Below, piece after piece: positions 60,896-64,000 of a stretch of 64,000 bases of DNA. How positions within the stretch are numbered: position 1 is the first letter of the stretch; the number at the start of each line of letters is the position of its first letter. The notes under the pieces were generated by a model. It saw only the letters and a program-made list of their open reading frames with translations, was not told the DNA's origin and searched no databases. The stretch lies in contig CAYUZT010000006.1 in NCBI GenBank assembly GCA_964449445.1, forward strand, positions 12,223 to 76,222. The letters are read 5' to 3'. The translations under genes were made by a program, and so were the position numbers. The stretch is from an uncultured Candidatus Peribacteria bacterium. GTDB taxonomy: Bacteria; Patescibacteriota; Gracilibacteria; Peribacterales; Peribacteraceae.

Positions 60896-62401
60896 ATGTC
60901 CCTCTACCGCCAATACCGCCCAACGGCCTTCCCCGACGTCGTCGGGCAGGATCACATTGTGACGACACTGGAGAACGCGGTCACGCAGGGGAAGTTGAGT
61001 CATGCGTATCTTTTTGCGGGATCCCGCGGCACCGGGAAGACCTCCGTCGCGCGCATCCTTGCCAAGGCGATGCTCACGCAGGGAATGCAGGAGGAAAAAC
61101 TGATTGAGCAGATCCGCACAGCGGTCGATGACGGCTCGCTCGTGGATTTGGTCGAGATCGACGGTGCCTCTAACCGCGGCATCGACGACATCCGCTCGCT
61201 CGTGGAGAAAATCCAGTTCACGCCGGTCGCCGCCGCCGCAAAGGTCTACATTATCGACGAAGTGCACATGCTCACGAAGGAAGCGTTCAATGCGCTTTTG
61301 AAAACACTCGAAGAACCGCCGTCTTACGCGTACTTCATTCTCGCAACCACTGAGCTCCAGAAGATCCCGGCGACGATTCAGTCGCGCTGCCAGCGATTCG
61401 CCTTCCGCCAGGTACCCGAGGAAGACATCATCCGCCGCCTGCAGTTTATCGCCGATCAGGAGCACATTCCGGTCGACCGCACGGCCCTGCGTGCCATCGC
61501 CCATCACGCCGATGGTGCGGTGCGGGATGCCATCAGCCTGCTCGATCAGTTGCGTAGCCTCCCCAAGATCACGCTGGACGATGTGAAAGAGCGCAGCGGC
61601 GAGAGCGGGCACGAAGTGACTGAGCAAATCGTCGCGGCACTGGAGGCACGCAACCAACCGGAGCTTCTTTCTCTTGTCCGGAAAATGGAAAGTACCGGCA
61701 CATCGCTCGAAACCGTCGCACGCGCACTGCTCACCGAAGTGCGCCGCCGCCTGCATCAGGCGATTGACGACAAGCAACCGATCGAACCATTCACACACGC
61801 GCTCACAACGCTCCTCGAGGCGCTGCGCGACATGCGCATCGCTCCACTCCCGGGCCTCGTGCTGGAAGCGGCGCTGCTGTCGCTCTGTATGGACATAGAC
61901 GAATCGCCCGCTGAAGGGAAATCTCGTTTCTTTGGAAAGAAAACTGCTGCTGCTCCTGTCGTATCAAAACCCGCCAGTGAATCACCGAAGAAATCCGAGC
62001 CTGTTCCCGGTCCCGGCTTGCCCGCCGTAACTCCAGCAGGAGCGAAGGGGGGTCCCGTCTCCGAAGCGATCGTCGAAGCCCCCGAGCTCACGATTTCCTC
62101 CGTCCGCGATTACTGGCCGCAGGTGGTGCGCGATCTTTCTCCTGCTTCTCTCAAAATGTCACTGAAGAACGGCCACGTGCACGCACTCAGCGGCACCAAA
62201 CTGACGCTCGCCTTCTCGTCCGCTTTCCATCGCGACAAAGTCGCCAAGACCGACGCGGCACGGACCGTGGAGCAGACACTCGAGAATATCTTCAAGCGCC
62301 AGTTGCACATCGAATGCACGCTGGAAGAAGAGGAACAGACGCCGAGCGGGCCGGATAAGGAGATGGTGAATCTTGCAGAGGCGGCGGCAGAAGTGTTCTG
62401 A
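60896..62401 (+). CDS. dnaX: DNA polymerase III subunit gamma/tau
   Basis: YRPTAFPDVVGQDHIV, AYLFAGSRGTGKTS, IIDEVHML, SRCQRF motifs. Confidence 0.95.
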   Translation: MSLYRQYRPTAFPDVVGQDHIVTTLENAVTQGKLSHAYLFAGSRGTGKTSVARILAKAMLTQGMQEEKLIEQIRTAVDDGSLVDLVEIDGASNRGIDDIRSLVEKIQFTPVAAAAKVYIIDEVHMLTKEAFNALLKTLEEPPSYAYFILATTELQKIPATIQSRCQRFAFRQVPEEDIIRRLQFIADQEHIPVDRTALRAIAHHADGAVRDAISLLDQLRSLPKITLDDVKERSGESGHEVTEQIVAALEARNQPELLSLVRKMESTGTSLETVARALLTEVRRRLHQAIDDKQPIEPFTHALTTLLEALRDMRIAPLPGLVLEAALLSLCMDIDESPAEGKSRFFGKKTAAAPVVSKPASESPKKSEPVPGPGLPAVTPAGAKGGPVSEAIVEAPELTISSVRDYWPQVVRDLSPASLKMSLKNGHVHALSGTKLTLAFSSAFHRDKVAKTDAARTVEQTLENIFKRQLHIECTLEEEEQTPSGPDKEMVNLAEAAAEVF

Positions 62402-62479
62402 GCTTGTTAGCTGTTTAGCTGTTTAGCTTTTTAGCTTATTTTTTTTAAAGCGAACAAGCTAAAAAGCTAATAAGCTATA
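62401..62479. terminator. Palindromic array of 8-bp words (TTAGCTNT x4 / AAGCTAAN x3); possible terminator
   Basis: tagctttttagctt (62425-62438) pairs with aagctaaaaagcta (62457-62470); T-run lies in the loop. Confidence 0.45.
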
Positions 62480-62482
62480 CGC

Positions 62483-63079
62483 ATGAGTATCCCGGAGAAA
62501 AAATCTGGGCTTCGAGCTGCTATTAAAGAGCGCCTCTCTCACCTCAGTGCGAAGGACCGCTCCGCAGAGAGCCGCTCTGTGTGCCGCAGAATTCTAGAAG
62601 CTCTCCCTAAGGAACCGATCACACTCTGCGCCTTCTATCCCCTCTCCGACGAAGCAGACATTCTACCGCTCTTCGGAGAACTCCTGAAACGTGGAGATTC
62701 TATTTTCCTGCCAGCACATGAGGCGGGAAAGCTTCTCTTCCGGAAGTTGAGCTCCATCGAAAACCTGGTGCCCGGTGACTTCGGCATTCCTGAACCACCG
62801 ATGGAGAATGATCGACTAGAGGCCAAAGACCTTACGATCGCCCTCGTGCCCGGCCGCGCATTCGATCACTCCGGCAATCGTCTTGGTCGGGGTAATGGTG
62901 GCTACGATATCTGGATCCGAAAACAGCGAGAGGAAAATCCGAAAACACAATTCTGGGGAGTCGCGCTAGAATGCCAACTGACGCAGGAGATTCCCTGCGA
63001 AGCGCATGATGAGAAGGTGGATGCGATTGTGACGGCGAGAGGACTACAGCGTATCGGCAAGAATGTACAGAAAAGTTGA
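62483..63079 (+). CDS. 5-formyltetrahydrofolate cyclo-ligase
   Basis: LVPGRAFDHSGNRLGRGNGGYD signature. Confidence 0.85.
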   Translation: MSIPEKKSGLRAAIKERLSHLSAKDRSAESRSVCRRILEALPKEPITLCAFYPLSDEADILPLFGELLKRGDSIFLPAHEAGKLLFRKLSSIENLVPGDFGIPEPPMENDRLEAKDLTIALVPGRAFDHSGNRLGRGNGGYDIWIRKQREENPKTQFWGVALECQLTQEIPCEAHDEKVDAIVTARGLQRIGKNVQKS

Positions 63080-63112
63080 CCTCCATTCCTTTCTCCTCCA
63101 GAATCGTCTTCC

Positions 63113-63688
63113 ATGGCTGTACAAGGATATCCATCACCGAATGATCCATATGGGAGTGAATGGAAGGCTCCTCCTGATCCGTGGGAAGTCGCACGTTTCG
63201 ATCGGGTACGGTTTATCGATAAAATGGAAGCAATGTATAGAAGGGAATATGGGAAACCGTTCAACCCAACGGCCCCGCAGAACAAACCAGACGAATCCAC
63301 TCCTTCCGCGAGCACACAACCAAATCTTCCTTCATCGACACCGGACTTCGAGGGTGCACGGGAATTCTACAAAACGAACTTGGAACTCCTCCAGCAAGAA
63401 ACGTTGGCATTGAAACGAAAACTTGAAACACGACTGTCTCAGTTACACACGCCTTCTGCAATTCCTCTCTGGAGCTCACTCAAGCAAGCGTGGCGTGCAA
63501 AAACGATCGTTGCCATAGAATCCGCATTACAGGCTGTACGTTCTCTGGAGCAGAATATTCACACGACGCTTGTCGCTCTGGAACAAGCAAACCAGCTCAT
63601 CCCACAAGCAGTGAAAGATCGTTATTCTCAGTACGTGGATGAATGCGGAAAACTGAAGTTCGGCTCGGTCAGCCTGATCTCTAGTTGA
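63113..63688 (+). CDS. Hypothetical protein
   Basis: 191-aa ORF; Pro-rich N half, helical C half; no family recognised. Confidence 0.4.
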   Translation: MAVQGYPSPNDPYGSEWKAPPDPWEVARFDRVRFIDKMEAMYRREYGKPFNPTAPQNKPDESTPSASTQPNLPSSTPDFEGAREFYKTNLELLQQETLALKRKLETRLSQLHTPSAIPLWSSLKQAWRAKTIVAIESALQAVRSLEQNIHTTLVALEQANQLIPQAVKDRYSQYVDECGKLKFGSVSLISS

Positions 63689-63716
63689 CGGTTTCGGCAT
63701 TGATCATTCGTGAGCC

Positions 63717-64000
63717 GTGATTCATGATGGGATCGTGCCCATCTACACGTCTCTGCAGGCAGGCGATCCTGATGTATTTGCCACTGTCGTGGGGGAAATG
63801 AAGCGCGAACAGCAGGGGGTGGAGCTGATTGCGTCCGAGAATTACGTGTCTGCTGCCGTTCTGGAAGCGCTCGGCAGTCCCTTCACGAACAAATATTCCG
63901 AAGGCTACCCCGGCAAGCGGTACTACGGCGGGCAGGAGTTCACGGACAAAGTGGAGAACCTGGCGATCGACAGGGCAAAGAAGATTTTCCGCTGCGACCA
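63717..64000 (+). CDS. glyA: Serine hydroxymethyltransferase, N-terminal part (runs off window)
   Basis: My own translation: [59 protein letters not shown]; start GTG 63717 or 63735. Confidence 0.85.
   Translation, partial: MIHDGIVPIYTSLQAGDPDVFATVVGEMKREQQGVELIASENYVSAAVLEALGSPFTNKYSEGYPGKRYYGGQEFTDKVENLAIDRAKKIFRCD

Noticed and set aside
59352-62479. Short tandem repeats as CRISPR arrays
   Set aside because: The units are 7-9 bp and directly abut without spacers, and no cas genes are present. They are not CRISPR.
1-64000. Alternative genetic code (UGA recoded, as in some CPR lineages)
   Set aside because: TGA terminates conserved proteins at their expected ends (mgtE/aroK ATGA junction, paralogs ending KEVY-TGA, GH57). 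No conserved gene needs read-through.

Overview
Moderate-GC bacterial window that uses the standard genetic code (TGA ends many conserved proteins). Gene content looks like a streamlined, possibly CPR/Patescibacteria-like organism; this is inference only.

Left third (1-25 kb): the mgtE tail, aroK and a NUDIX gene. Next comes an isoprenoid supercluster with an archaeal-type mevalonate pathway: idi, uppS, mvk, a mevalonate-(di)phosphate decarboxylase, class-I HMG-CoA reductase, HMG-CoA synthase, thiolase, and a DUF35-OB::guanylate-kinase fusion. This cluster is interrupted by a Phd/RelE toxin-antitoxin pair and a low-GC ORF. It is followed by pckA, a GT/GH57/GH15 alpha-glucan cluster, maf, trpS and an RluA-family gene.

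Centre (25.3-52.0 kb), the standout: twelve same-strand paralogs (551-566 aa) of a cytoplasmic, cysteine-rich protein I cannot assign to any characterised family.
- Each has homologous double zinc-ribbon modules at both ends and two internal Cys-repeat blocks.
- Seven of them form one tightly packed operon with overlapping stop/start codons.
- Three TrmB-like regulators and one small wHTH regulator each sit divergently from a 'head' transcription unit of the family (in one case an SSS transporter gene directly followed by a paralog). Perfect or near-perfect palindromes lie in three of the four divergent spacers.
- The region also holds an SSS transporter, a DUF2000-like gene, a second TA pair, several REP-like hairpin families and two orphan 3'-end fragments of lost paralogs.

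Right part: a soluble TraD/VirD4-like ATPase, a PH-domain membrane protein, tRNA-Val(CAC), YdjC, dcd, a lipoprotein, DsbA, dnaX, MTHFS and the start of glyA.

Cross-cutting signals:
- A -10-like hexamer lies 6-11 nt upstream of many start codons with no Shine-Dalgarno sequence, which suggests leaderless mRNAs.
- A REP-like tandem element is inserted in frame inside HMG-CoA reductase.
- Short-period (7-9 bp) word repeats occur in several intergenic spacers.

No CRISPR array, rRNA, transposase or integrase was seen.
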